Origin: Octopus sinensis
Lineage: Eukaryota
Direction: 5' to 3'
DNA: 64,000 nt
Assembly: GCF_006345805.1 (NCBI RefSeq)
Contig: NC_043003.1
Location: 27,900,001-27,964,000, forward strand
Below the pieces are notes generated by a model. That model did no database searches and was not told where the DNA came from. It saw nothing but the letters and a program-made list of their open reading frames with translations. Below, piece after piece: positions 25,347 through 38,165 of this stretch. Made by a program: the position numbers and the translations under genes. Position 1 is the first letter of the stretch, and each line of letters starts with the position of its first letter.

Positions 25347-26043
25347 CGAGCTGGCAGAAACGTTAGTGTGCCGGGCGAAATGCTTAGCAGTATTTCGCTC
25401 GTCGCTACGTTCTGAGTTCAAATTCCGCCGAGGTCGACTTTGCCTTTCATCCTTTCGGGGTCGATAAATTAAGTACCAGTTACGCACTGGGATCGATGTA
25501 ATCGACTTAATACCTATGTCTGTCCTTGTTTGTCCCCTCTATGTTTAGCCCCTTGTGGGTAATAAAGAAATAGGTATTAGGAAGGGTATCCAGCTGTGGA
25601 AACCATGCCACAACAGCCAGTTGGAGTCTGGCCAGCTCCATGTCAATCTGTCCAACCTATGCCAGCATGGAGAGTGGACATTAAACGATGATGATGATGA
25701 TGCTGGTGAACATATATACATCCATACACACCTACGTTCATACATAGATGTGTGTGAGCATATGCCAGGTCGCCATGAATTTCTTTCTGAACATTAAACC
25801 TGCTTCTTATTTCTTATTTTTTATTGCCCACTAGGGGCTAAACATAGAGAGGACGAACAAGGACAGACAAAGGGATTAAGTCAATTAGATTGACCCCAGT
25901 GCATAACTGGTACTTAATTTAACGACCCCGAAAGGATGAAAGGCAAAGTCAACCTCGGTGGAATTTGAACTCATCATAACAGCAGACAAAATACCGCTAA
26001 GAATTTCACCTGGCATGCTAATGTTTCTGCAAGCTCGCCACCT
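25347..26043. mobile_element. Inverted pair of SINE-A copies (25347-25573 +, 25811-26043 -)
   Basis: Both match the family A consensus in opposite orientation, ~240 bp apart. Confidence 0.8.
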
Positions 26044-28183
26044 TTATTGTTTCTGCTGCATCCCACCCCATCATACTCTAAGTTTTCAACACTGCACTTA
26101 AAGTGACCACTCTGTCTCCTATCCTTCCTTAGTTGACAAAGATCTTAATCTTGCAAGTTACAAGGTGACCTCATTGGTGTTGGGGTCATGAAAAAAATGA
26201 CTCTGTAAAAAGCACCCTGTAAAGGGGTTAGCATTGGGAAGGGCATCTAGCTTTAGAAGCTAGGCCAAAACTAACATTGGAGCAAAACATGGGCTTCTAG
26301 TCCTTTAGCTTCTGTTAAAATGTCCAATCCATGCCAGTACTGAAAGCCAGTGTAAAATGAAACATATACAGTACTTTATGAAAACTTGCTTTACAAGACC
26401 CTGGATTTACAAGTTTTATTTTTTAAACACAAAATCCAATTTTTGAATGAAGAGCAAAAGTTTCTGCTATCATAACAAATGCTTCTGTGTTACCGAGAAA
26501 TTTATAGAGAACGAAAATAAGCATTTTAGCAAACAACTCCAGACTTGTTTTTTAAAAAGAAATCTACAAGTCTATTTACAAGTGTTTGTGAATTGGCAAT
26601 CACATCTACAAGTGATGTGCACAAGTCTAGTGCGAGTGAACATGCGTTAGAAAATGATTATAATAATAATATTTTTTTGTTAGATATGATCTTGATTGCC
26701 ATTTATTTATGAATATTATAAATCTTATAGGTAAAATATTTTTCTGGGAACGATTACAATTACTGCTCTGCTTTACGAGCTTGCGTTTTACGAGCAGTCT
26801 CTGGAAACAAATTAACTCATATATTGATGCATTATTGTACACACACACACAAGCACATGCATACATGCATGTATAAACGTGCACACACACACGCATTCTC
26901 TCTCTCTCTCTCTCTCGCACACACACACCTCAGGCTTTCCATCTATCAAATTCACTCATAAGGCATTGGTCAGTCTCTAATACATCAAATTCACTGACCT
27001 CACAGACTGATGGCCAATGACTTTCATTATATGTTTAAATGTCCAGCTACCCATTTTGTTTTTATTTTTAAATTTAAAACGGTGATCTACTGAATGTCAC
27101 ACACAGCACTGGTCACTTTCTCAAATGTCTGTGCAATGGAATTGACCTCAAAACCATTTGGTTGCCACGTGTACTTCTTAATCATTAAAGCCATGCCTGC
27201 AACTATGAAATAAATAAATAAATAAATAACAAAGCAGACGTGTTTATATTTTTTTAAATGGCTTTACAGAGAATTGAATTAAATTTAGATTTTGTTTCCA
27301 ACTTTGACATCTTCCAACTTCCTTTTAAATTAATTTAGTTGTCACAGACAATGGTAGCAGCAGACACATTTCTAAGTCAACCGTTTATTTACATTCTGAT
27401 AGTTCTTCACTTCTGTCGTTATTATTAAACATTCTAGTTCAGAGTATCAAAGCCTTCCTAAGTACATCCTTTTGCAACACTTAAAGTCATTATGCACACA
27501 CACACACACACATATGAATGCATGCACAAATGCGTGCACACACAGTTTTATATATTTTCTTTTATTTCTTCATTGTTCATCATCATCATTTTAATGTCCA
27601 GTTTTCCATGCTTGCATGGTTCAGATAGAATTCACTGAAGCAGATTTTCTATGCCTGGATGCTCTTCCTGTTGCCAACTCTCACCTGTTTCCAAGGGAGG
27701 TAACATTTCCCCCTGGTTAGACATGTTTCCCATGGAAGATTGGAAATTAATGACATTACTCGACTGATAGTGACATTCATTTGCAACCAGTCTTACACTG
27801 TCAAGACAAGGACACACTTCCGCACGTGCCCACACATCATCATCATCGTTTAATGTCTGTTTTCCATGCTGAGATGGGTTGGACAGCCTGAGAGGAAGCG
27901 GCAAAGCCAGTGGGTTGCCCTAGGCTCCATTGTCTGCTCTGGCTTGGTTCCTATGGCTGAATGCCCTTCTTAATTCCAACCACTTTACAGAGTGTACTAG
28001 GTGTGTTTTATGTGGCACCAGCTCCAGTGCTTTTTACATAGTTTTCTGGGTTTGATTGAAAGAGGTGTAGATGGTTACTGCACTGCATATATAATGTATG
28101 TATATATTTCATCAGTGTTTTTATTTCACCATTGTGAAACATAGCTGAAAAAAAGTGTAGGTTGGCTGCCACCACTGTATATG

Positions 28184-28217
<34 letters not shown>

Positions 28218-28894
28218 TCATCATCATCATCGTTTAGTGTCTGCTTTCCATGCTAGCATGGGTTGGATGGTTCAACTGGGGTCTGGGAAGCCAGAAGGCT
28301 GCACCAGGCCCAGTCTGATCTGGTAATGTTTCTACTGCTGGATGCCCTTCCTGACGCCATGCCCTTCCTAATATATATATATAATTGTAAAATAGGATAA
28401 AATCTTTATAAGAATTTATCAAGGTAGTTAGCTTGAAAAAACCTTATAAGGGAAAAATCCATCAATTTATTCCTCTTAAATATATTCACTTATATTAAGG
28501 GCATTACTATACATAAATGCCTCATTCTAGGAGGGACTTTTAAAGTCAAAACTACCATAATAAAGAAACATATTGTACCGAATTTGGTACAATGTGTTTA
28601 TATATATATATATATACATAAACATATGTGTGTGTGTGTGTTTGTGTATAGAAGGTGGCAAGCTGGCAAAATCATTATCAAACCAGGTGAAATGTTTAAA
28701 GTTATTTTGTCTGTCCTTATGTTCTGAGTTCAAATTCCACCAAGATCGATTGTGCCTTTCATTTTTTTGGGGTTGATAAAATAAGTATCAGCTCTTCACT
28801 AGTGTCAATGTAATCAAATTTACTACTCTTGGGTAAAAGTATAAAAGCTGCACCCCCTCTGCCAAGTCATGTTGAGCCAGTGTGGCAGAGTGTG

Positions 28895-29195
28895 GAGGCA
28901 CATGCCCTAGTCGTTAGAGCAGCGGACTCGCGGTCGAGAGATTGAGGTTCAAATTTCAGACCAAGCGATGTGTGTGTTTATGAGTGAAACACCTAAGCTC
29001 CACGCGGCTCTGGCAGAAGGTAATGGTGAACTTCTGCTGACTCTTTTGCCACAAATTTCTCTTACTCTTTCCTCCTGCATCTTGCAGCTCACCTGTGATG
29101 GACTGGCGTCCCGTCCAGGTGGGGAACCTATACGCCAAGGAAACCAGGAAACCGGCCTTTATGAGCCAGGCATGGCTCGAGAAGGAACAAACAAG
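28895..29195 (+). mobile_element. tRNA-headed SINE with V/Meta-domain-like core
   Basis: A box ctagtcgttagag, B box gaggttcaaatt; core ctgtgatggactggcgtcccgtccagg recalled as similar to conserved SINE central domains. Confidence 0.55.
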
Positions 29196-29649
29196 TGTAG
29201 CAGAGTAGACTCATCAAACCAATATGATCTTAAGCTCAAATTCATGGCCTTCACATCAGACCATGTTTGGTAGAGGGAACATGCTGAGGCTTTTGTCCTG
29301 CAGTGGACTGAACAATCCAATCCAAATGCATGTGGTGTAAAGATAGATGAATAATGGTATATATTAGCTACTGTATATATAAAGTGTGTGTATGTAAGTG
29401 CTTGGCCTACTGGTTACGGTGTTGCAGGCATTGTCATAAGCTCATGGTTTCAATTCCCAGACCGGTGGTTATGTTGTGTTCTTGAGCAAAACCCTTCATT
29501 TCACATTGATCCAGTCCACCCCTGCAACAGATTGGCATTCTCTTCAGTAGGAAGTGTTGGCCTACCTGCCTGCCTAGCCAGCAGGATGGCATGATTCAAA
29601 AGCTACGACTGTGTAAGGCAAAGTATTGTGACTAACATTGTATAACAAC

Positions 29650-30218
29650 AGTCAGGTTGATACAGTGATATCTTGGTGTGAATTTAGTGTGCAGTCTATT
29701 GCAGTACCATCATCATCATCTAACAATTGTTTTCCATGCTGGCATGGGTTGGACAGTTTGAAAGGAACTGATAAGGCCAGTGGCCCACACCAAGTTCCAT
29801 AGTCTGTTTTGGCATGGTTTCTACAGCTGGGTGCCCTTCCTAATGCCAACCACTTTACAGAACGTACTGGGTGCTTTTTACATGGCACCTTGGTTTTAGT
29901 GTCTCTAGCGGGTGGATCTTCTTGAGTACCACATATCTTGGTCCTCTCTCATTTTCGTAATGTTTGGCGTTTTGAGATTGGCCTTGAATACTTTGTCCCA
30001 TGTCTTCCTGGGTCTCCCTCTTCCACAACTTCCTTTCATTTTAAACTATCGGCACTTCTTTGTGCAGTTGTCCTCATCCTTCCACATCACATGACCAAAC
30101 CAGCACAATCTGCTCTCTTGCAGATTACATTTTATTCCTCTTATTCCCAACTTCTCTCTCAGAACACCAGTGCTCTGTTGCACATGCACACTGACTTCAC
30201 ACATCCAACGGAGCATAC
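29650..30218 (-). mobile_element. RTE-clade LINE 3' fragment
   Basis: Minus frame MLRWMCEVSV...LREKLGIRGIKCNLQESRLCWFGHVMWKDEDNCTKKCR*..GSCGRGRPRKTW is the RTE ORF C-terminus (RLRWxGHVxR, GRPRKTW). Confidence 0.85.
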
Positions 30219-30220
30219 TA

Positions 30221-30785
30221 TTGGGTTGTAAGTAAAGTTCATGCCAATTTTTAAACAAAAGAAAAAGATCAATAAACACTTGCCATTACGTTTTTAATCA
30301 ACCAATTATGAACCATTTTGTTGCACAATGCGTCTCCATCTTTCCTTTAACTTGAAAATACCCTCTTCCCAGAATTGAGGTGGCTTCATGGCAAAGAATT
30401 CATCAAGGTATCTTTTTACGTCATCCAAGGAATTAAAATTTTTACCATTAAGACTATTCTGCAGAGACCTGAATAAGTGGAAATCCGAAGGAGCAATATC
30501 TGGTGAATATGGAGGGTGGGGTAACACATCCCAGCCAAGCTGCAGGACTTTTGTCTGGTTCCCAAAACATCAAGTGCCAAAAATGAACTTTCTTATCTTC
30601 TATTTTAAAGGGTTACAGAATTAACACAGGTTATAGGAACATAAACCTTCTTTCACAAAAAGATAGCTTAAACTGTGCTCTAAATGGAGGTGTAGTCAAA
30701 TCCTATTTTATGGACTCAACCACGTTCTAAAATAAGTTGAAAGGTAAGCAACTATAAATCGGCACAAACTTTCTGGACAACCCAA
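30221..30785 (-). mobile_element. Internally deleted mariner transposon
   Basis: TIRs ttgggttgt..aaagtt..tgcc.attt, TA at 30219-20 and 30786-87. C-terminal transposase LPHPPYSPDIAPSDFHLFRSLQN at 30306-30550. Confidence 0.92.
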
Positions 30786-31529
30786 TAGCTTCATTCCTCT
30801 CCAGCCTTAAAATAATCTGATCTGGGTTGGGTTAGGTTAGGGTTAGGGTAAGAGTTTAGGCTTAAGTCTAGAATGTATGCTGAAGTGGCACCAGTATATT
30901 TTACCAATATAAACACAGCTGATAAACTAGGGCTCCCTGAACAAAGGGTTTTTGCACTGGATTATGGGCATTTCCCCATGTCATTTTTGTCTTCAGAAAT
31001 TTAGTGATACCTTGATTTGCCTGTCAGGAATCAGTAACCATTTTTGCAATCTTTAGCAAAATGTGATTTGAAATAACGAAAAGAAAAACTAAATAAATGT
31101 AAAATACAAAATAAAAGATAAGATATCTAAGAACTTTGTCTTAGACAGATTCTTTAAATCTTTTGAGAAATAAGAAAATGTCAAATTCTTCCAATGTTCT
31201 TTGAAATTGACTTAGTCTATTCTGCCATGTTCTTCCTTTGAAGAATTGGGTGTGGGTAGCAATTGTTGCTTTTACAGTTGAATGGGTTTTTCTGCTGCTG
31301 TTCTCTCAACCAGGCATATAATTGTGTGTGTGTGTGTGCGTGTTGTACTGTGCATGTTTGTATATGCAAATGTAGCATCTATGGTGCAAAGTATGTGGAT
31401 GTATGTGCATATGTAATATGTATTGATGTATGTATATATGCATGAGTCTATGTATGTGTTTGTGTGTGTATGGATATATGATATATGTGTGTGTGTATAT
31501 CTATCTATCTATCTATCTATATATATATA

Positions 31530-32200
31530 TATCGTCGTTTAACGTCCGTTCTCCATGCTAGCATGGGTTGGACGGTTCGACCGGGGTTCTGGGAAGCCAG
31601 AAGGCTGCACCAGGCTCCAGTCTAATCTGGCAATGTTTCTACAGCTGGATGCCTTTCCTAACGCCAACCACTCCGTGAGTGTAGTGGGTGCTTTTTACGT
31701 GCCACCTGCACAGGTGCCAGGCGGGGCTGGCAACGGCCACGGTCAGATTGGTGTATTTTATGTGCCACCGGCACGGAAGCCAGTCGAGGCGGTGCTGGCA
31801 TCGGCCATGAGTCGGATAGTGCTTTTTACGTACCACCAGACCAGGGATCCTGGCTGGTTCAATTCGATTTCGATTTCGCTTGCCCCAACATGTCCTCACA
31901 AGCAAAGGGGGTTGGCATGGGTGCCTGTCGTACGGTCGCATTGGAGTATTTTACGTGCCACGGCCACGAGTCGGATAGTGCTTTTTACGTACCACCAGAC
32001 CAGGGATCCTGGCTGGTTCAATTCGATTTCGATTTCGCTTGCCCCAACATGTCTTCACAAGCAAAGGGGGTTGGCATGGGTGCCTGTCGTACGGTCGCAT
32101 TGGAGTATTTTACGTGCCACGGCCACGAGTCGGATAGTGCTTTTTACGTACCACCAGGCCAGGGATCCTGGCTGGTTCAATTCGGTTTCGATTTCGATAT
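31530..32200 (-). mobile_element. RTE 3'-tail element containing a 159-bp tandem repeat (~2.4 copies)
   Basis: Family C sequence; gagtcggatagtgc recurs at 31809, 31968 and 32127. Confidence 0.8.
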
Positions 32201-32610
32201 GGATATATGTGTGTATATATATATAGATATATATATATGATGTGTTTGTGTGTGTGTATATACATTTTCTTTTATTCTTTTACTTGTTTCAGTCATTTGA
32301 CTGTAGTCATGCTGAGCACCGCATGTATGTGTGTGTGTGTGTGTGTGTGGGTGTGTGTGTATGTATGTATGTATGTATATAACCCATGCCAGCATGGAAA
32401 ATGAATGTTAATTGATAATGATGATGATATATAGCTTGCTTACCAGCCACATGGTTCTAGGTTCAGTCCCACTGCGTGGCACCTTGGGCAAGTGTCTTCT
32501 GCTATAGTCTCGGGCTGACCAAAGCCTTGTGAGTAGATTGAGTAGATGGAAACTGAAAGAAGCCTATCATATATATATATGAGACCAAATATATGTACAC
32601 CGCCATATGT

Positions 32611-33391
32611 ATATAAAAACGAATACAAAAAAATGGGACAAAAACGCAAAACATCCAGATAGTTAGATGATACAAAAAAGGGACAAGAAAAAACAAGGAT
32701 GAGTCATTTGGAGTTTTCTTTCCTCAGTCGAGTTCCAGATTATCTTTGCAATTTTGACTGGTTATACTTGAGATTGCCCCGATCTGGTCAGCCCCAAGGA
32801 AAAACTAAGCTAAGAGCACTAGATTTCTTGGAAGAAAGCAGCGAATGGAAAGAAAGCAGCGAAACGAAAACAAGGATGGAAAAAAAAAACAAAAAAGAAA
32901 AAATGGTACACATATACAAATGCAAATAACAGGACAGTAACAACAGGTGTCTTTCGACTAAGGACGAATTAAATTAAGCTGGCGTGTGTGGAAGTGAAGC
33001 AACATTTATATTCCCCCCTATGCCTGTCATCTCTTATGTCCCTGCCGTAAGGTTTCACTTCCACACACAGCAGCTTAATTTAATTCGTCCTTTGTTGAAA
33101 GACATCTGTTCTTAATATCCTGTTATTTGTTCTTGTGTACCATTTTCACGTTTTTTTTCTGTCTTTGTTTTTGTATACATTCGCTGCTTTCGTCCAAGGA
33201 ATCTAGTGCTTTTAGCTTAGTTTTTCCTTGGGGCTGGCCAGATTGGAGCAATCTCAAGTATAACCAGCCAAAATTGCAAAGATAATCTGGAACTCGACTG
33301 AGGAAAGAAAACTCCGAATGACCCATCCTTATTTTTTCTTGTCCCTTTTTTGTATCATGTCTGAATGTTTTGTTGTCCTTTTTTTGTATTC

Positions 33392-33400
<9 letters not shown>
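32611..33400. repeat. Long inverted repeat (arms 32611-32998 / 33054-33400, ~55-bp spacer) inserted in a SINE-B microsatellite
   Basis: Arms are reverse-complementary, e.g. gagttttctttcctcagtcgagttccagattatctttgc and its reverse complement. SINE-B head before it, SINE-B tail after it. Confidence 0.88.
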
Positions 33401-33487
<87 letters not shown>

Positions 33488-34934
33488 ATGTTTGTGTGTC
33501 TGTGTTTGTCTCCCCTCCATCGCTTGACAACCGATGTTGGTGTGTTTGCATCCCTGTAACTTAGTGGTTCGGCAAAAGAGACCGATAGTATAAGTACTAG
33601 GCTTACAAAGAATAAGTCCTGGGGTCAGTTTGTTCAACTAAAAGCAGTGCTCCAGCATGGCCGCATTCAAATGACTAACAAATTAAAGAATACATATATA
33701 ATACACACACATACACTTACCTATATCTCTATAAGGAAAATTAAACAAGGTAGAAAATGCTAAAATAATTTTATCATGAAATACATCTTTTAATGGTTAG
33801 TACTGGTTTCTGTCTTTTTGACTTTTTCAACTAAGAGTAAAACAAAGGTGGATATTAATTAAGAAGAAAAACAAATTGAATACACATGGTACCCTTAATG
33901 TTGTTCATTGGGTGATTCAGTGTGACACAGAATGTGACAAAGCTGCCTCTTTCAGTTACAAGTACAGCTCACTTTTGCCAGATGAGTGGACTGGAGTAAT
34001 GTTAAATAAAGTGTTTTGCTCAAGGACACAACATACCACCAGGAATTGAACTCACGGATTATGATTATGAGCTGAATACACTAACCACTATCTATACATT
34101 CTCACCATGTCTGAATCGCAATGCATTTTTCCTTTCTCCCTTGAGTGTTGAACTAATAATATTGACCGTGGACATCTCTTCTACTTTCGTTTGTTTTTCT
34201 TTTTGTACTTTTGTTCTTGTATTTTCTCTTTGTTATATGTCTGTATGTATTTGTGATTGTGGGTGGTTGTCAGGTGTGTTCAAGAAAAGAACATTATACA
34301 ACCATCACTTCCTCTCCACCTTTCTCCTGTATCTGTGATTACTGCAGTTAGGGGTTCAATTCTTGGCAACTTAGGGAAGAGAAAACTGATGATGATGATG
34401 ATGATGATAGTGATGATGATGATGACATTGGCCATAAGGATGACAGTGGTGATAATGGTGGTGGTGGTGGTGGTGGTGGTGGTGATGGTGGTGATGATGG
34501 TGTGGAAGTGGAGTTGATGATTGTGATGATGATGATGATGATGATGATGATAATTGGGAGTGGAGATGGTGAGGAGGATGATGATGATGCTTATTTTTTC
34601 ATTGTCTTGGCTTGTGACCAGCAAACAGCTCCGTCTGTCTGAATGCATGTGTGTGTATACACACACACACACACACACACACATACACACACACACACAT
34701 ACACACACATTGTATTTTCTGTAGTGTCTGTTGTATTGGTAGTTGTAGTGGTTGTTGTTGTTGTTGTTGTTAATTACACTTGACTTGTTATTTTCAGAGT
34801 GTACTGACCACTGACCAGTCTGTCGGTCATTGCTTAGTCTTCTTAATTTCCTGTACACCAAATTACTGCTATCCTGAAGTCTGACCACTGCTTGTTATAT
34901 TTATCCTCCATACCTTTAGATGTATGAGATGTGT

Positions 34935-34984
<50 letters not shown>

Positions 34985-36117
34985 ATGCCAGTGCTCATGT
35001 ACTCATACATGTAAGTGGGTGTATGTGTGTTTGAGAGTGTGTGTATGTGTGTGCATGTATGTGTGATGTATACTCGTTGAGTGTGAAGTATTTGTAAATA
35101 CACACACATACACACACACAATAAAAGTGAGAAAGAGAATGTGTGTATATGTTTGCATGTATGTGCGCAGTACCTGTGTATGTATGTATGTATGTGTGTG
35201 TGTGCATGCCAGTATTCATGTACTCAAGTGAGTGTATGTGTGTGTTTGAGTGTGTGTGTATATGTATGTTTGATCCATGTATGTACCTGTGCATATTTAT
35301 GCGTATGAATTCAGTCAATGTGGTGTGTTTATTATATAGAACTTGCATTGGAATTTAATGTGTGTGTGTGTGTGTGTATATATATACATACATACATACA
35401 CACACACACACATATATATATACACACGCACACACACACACACATATTTGTGTGTGATATATATGTGCGATTTATAATTTACCATTTATCTTTTACTTGA
35501 TTCAGTCATTGGACCAGGCAATGCTGGAGCACTCCTTTGAAAGGTGTTTTTTTTTGTTGAACTAATCAATCCCAGGGCTTGTTTTTTAAAAACCCGGTGC
35601 TTCTTGTATTGGGATCGTTTTGCCGAACCAATAAGTTACGAGGGTGTAAACAAACCAACACTTGTGAATGAAGCAGTGATGTGGGGGACAAATGTAAAGA
35701 CTTGCATGTAAATATATACATATGTAATCAATGGGCTTCTTTCAGTTTCTGTCTGTCAAATCCACTCACAAGGACTTGTTTGGCTCAAGGTTATAATAGA
35801 AGACACTTGCCCAAGGTGCCATGCAGTGGTGCAGTGGGACTGAATCCAAAAAAAATCTAGGGATCAAGGTGTAGGAAGAAAGTTAGCTTCAAGCAATCTG
35901 TTGTAAACCTAAAAAAGCAGCTTTCAGGGACAATAGTGGTTTATTAAAATGGAAGGTTGTGGATTTTTTCTATATTGAAGTACAGTAAACTGAAGAAAAT
36001 TCTTTTTATAAATCTTGGTAAGCAACCAGGGTTGTCAGGTGTGCGAATAAGAATACATTTCTTAACTCTTGTAAATATATAAATATATATACACAAACAC
36101 ATCTATCTATCTATCTA

Positions 36118-36151
<34 letters not shown>

Positions 36152-36699
36152 CATCCATCCATCCATCCATCCATACATACATACATATGTGCACACACAG
36201 TGCAATACTGAATTTTAAAGCACTGATGTCCTAGAACCTCTCAGAATCTGTACTAATTTACAAGCAGGATCTTTAAATTCCTGTGGCTTTCAGGCTAGTT
36301 CACTGCTACCTTGCACAGTATGAGCGAACTTGCATCGATTATACTAATGTACAGGTAATTGTATTCTGTTTAATTATTCAAGTTAATTCAATACTTGTTT
36401 ACATTGGGTAGTGTTCAAAAAGGTGACCACCCTTGCTTTGGAAAAAATCTGTAATTCTGGAAGGGTTTTGAAACCAAATGTTCTGGAAAATTAATCTTGT
36501 ACTCCTGTGTGTGTGTGTGGTAAGAAGCTTCCTTCCCAACCATATGGTTCTGGGTTCAGTCCCACTGCGTGGCACCTTGGGCAAGTGTCTTTTACTATAG
36601 CCTTGGGACGACCAAAGTCTTGTGAGTGGATTTAGTAGATGGAAATGGAGATACTCATCATGTGTGTATGTATATGTGTGTGTGTGTATATATATGTAT

Positions 36700-36870
36700 A
36701 TAGGGAGAGTTTACGAAAAAAACAAATGACGAAGACAGGTGGTGTACAACACAAACAGATAGATGTATTAGTATAATGCTCAGGAATAGAAAAAGTCTTT
36801 TACGTTTTGAGCCTACGCTCTTCTACAGAAAGGGACACAGAAAAAACAAGGAGAGAAATAAGTAGAGAAA
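36700..36870 (-). mobile_element. Penelope-like terminal fragment with hammerhead-like motif, inside SINE-B
   Basis: Minus ctttCTGTAGAaGAGCgtagGCTCaaaacGTAaaag; flanked by SINE-B head (36515-36690) and tail (36915-37075). Confidence 0.5.
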
Positions 36871-37728
36871 AAAAAAGGAGAGAAATATATATATATATAC
36901 ATATATATATATATGAGTGTGTGTGTCTGTGTTTACATTCCTGTAACTTAACCAAAAGACCAATAGAAAAAAAAATACCAGGTTTACAAAATAAATTAGT
37001 GGTGTCAATTCAATTTGACTAAAAGTTCTTCATGGCAGTGCCCCAGCATGGCCACAGCCTAATGCCCGAAACAAAATTTAAAGCATAGAAGTTATGAATC
37101 TATGTTTGTATGTAAAAAGTAATCTTTGGATGTTGTGACTGTTGTAGACAAAACATGCTTGATTATATATAAATATGTAAGTCTACTCAATCAAGACAGA
37201 CCTAGGGTTAAAAAAACAGTCTTGCCATTATGGCTTATCATAGCCAATGTTTATTGTATTAACTGACCTGTTAACCCCACTTAAAGGTCACATCCCTTTA
37301 CAGGTCACATCCTTAAGGGTCAGTTGTTTGTCTTCAGATAAGAGCTAATATTTAAAGGGGTGGGTAGTGGGGGTAGAGGTGGCAGTGCCTAACTGTGGTG
37401 ATGTGTGTGTATATGTATGTATGTGTTTGTATGTATGTGAGTGTGTGTGTGTGTGTGTGCTTGCTTGCATGCGTCTCTGTCTTTCTGCGTGAGTGTATGT
37501 CTCTGTGTTAGGTTGTGTGTGTTGGTGTATGTGTTTGCAAGTGTTTGTGTATGTATGTACTTTTCAGTAGCCTATGTGCATGTGCCTATGTGTATGAGCT
37601 TCTGAGTAGCTGTGTTTGTAGGTGTTCTGTGTACGTAAAAAATGTGTGTGCACATGAGTGCGTTTTTGCACATATAGGTATGTGTGTGTGTGCATACAAG
37701 TGTCTTTCTGCATGCAGATATATGTGTG

Positions 37729-37764
<36 letters not shown>

Positions 37765-37767
<3 letters not shown>

Positions 37768-38165
37768 TGCAGGAGTGGCTGTGTGGTAAGTAGCTTGCTT
37801 ACCAACCACATGGTTCCGGGTTCAGTCCCACTGCGTGGCATCTTGGGCAAGTGTCTTCAGGCCGACCAAAGCCTTGTGAGTGCATTTGGTAGACGGAAAC
37901 TGAAAGAAGCCTGTCGTATATATGTATATATATATATGTGTGTGTGTGTGTATGTTTGTGTGTCTGTGTCTGTCCCTCTAGCATTGCTTGACAACCGATA
38001 CTGGTGTGTTTACATCCCTGTCACTTAGCGGTTCGACAAAAGAGACCGATAGAATAAATACTGGGCTTACAAAGAATAAGTCCCAGGGTCGATTTGCTCA
38101 ACTAAAGGCGGTGCTCCAGCATGGCCACAGTCAAGTGACTGAAACAAGTAAAATGAGTAAAAAGT
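37765..38165 (+). mobile_element. Full-length SINE family B
   Basis: Near-identical to 19917-20335; CpG-rich, so probably young. Confidence 0.8.

Noticed and set aside
30824-30848. Interstitial telomere or G-quadruplex (gggttgggttaggttagggttaggg)
   Set aside because: Only about 4 imperfect units, probably internal to a repeat.
33295-33325. Hammerhead at CTGAGGA...GAAT in the 32.6-33.4 kb inverted repeat
   Set aside because: Stem II does not abut the core, and there is no GAAA/NUH geometry.
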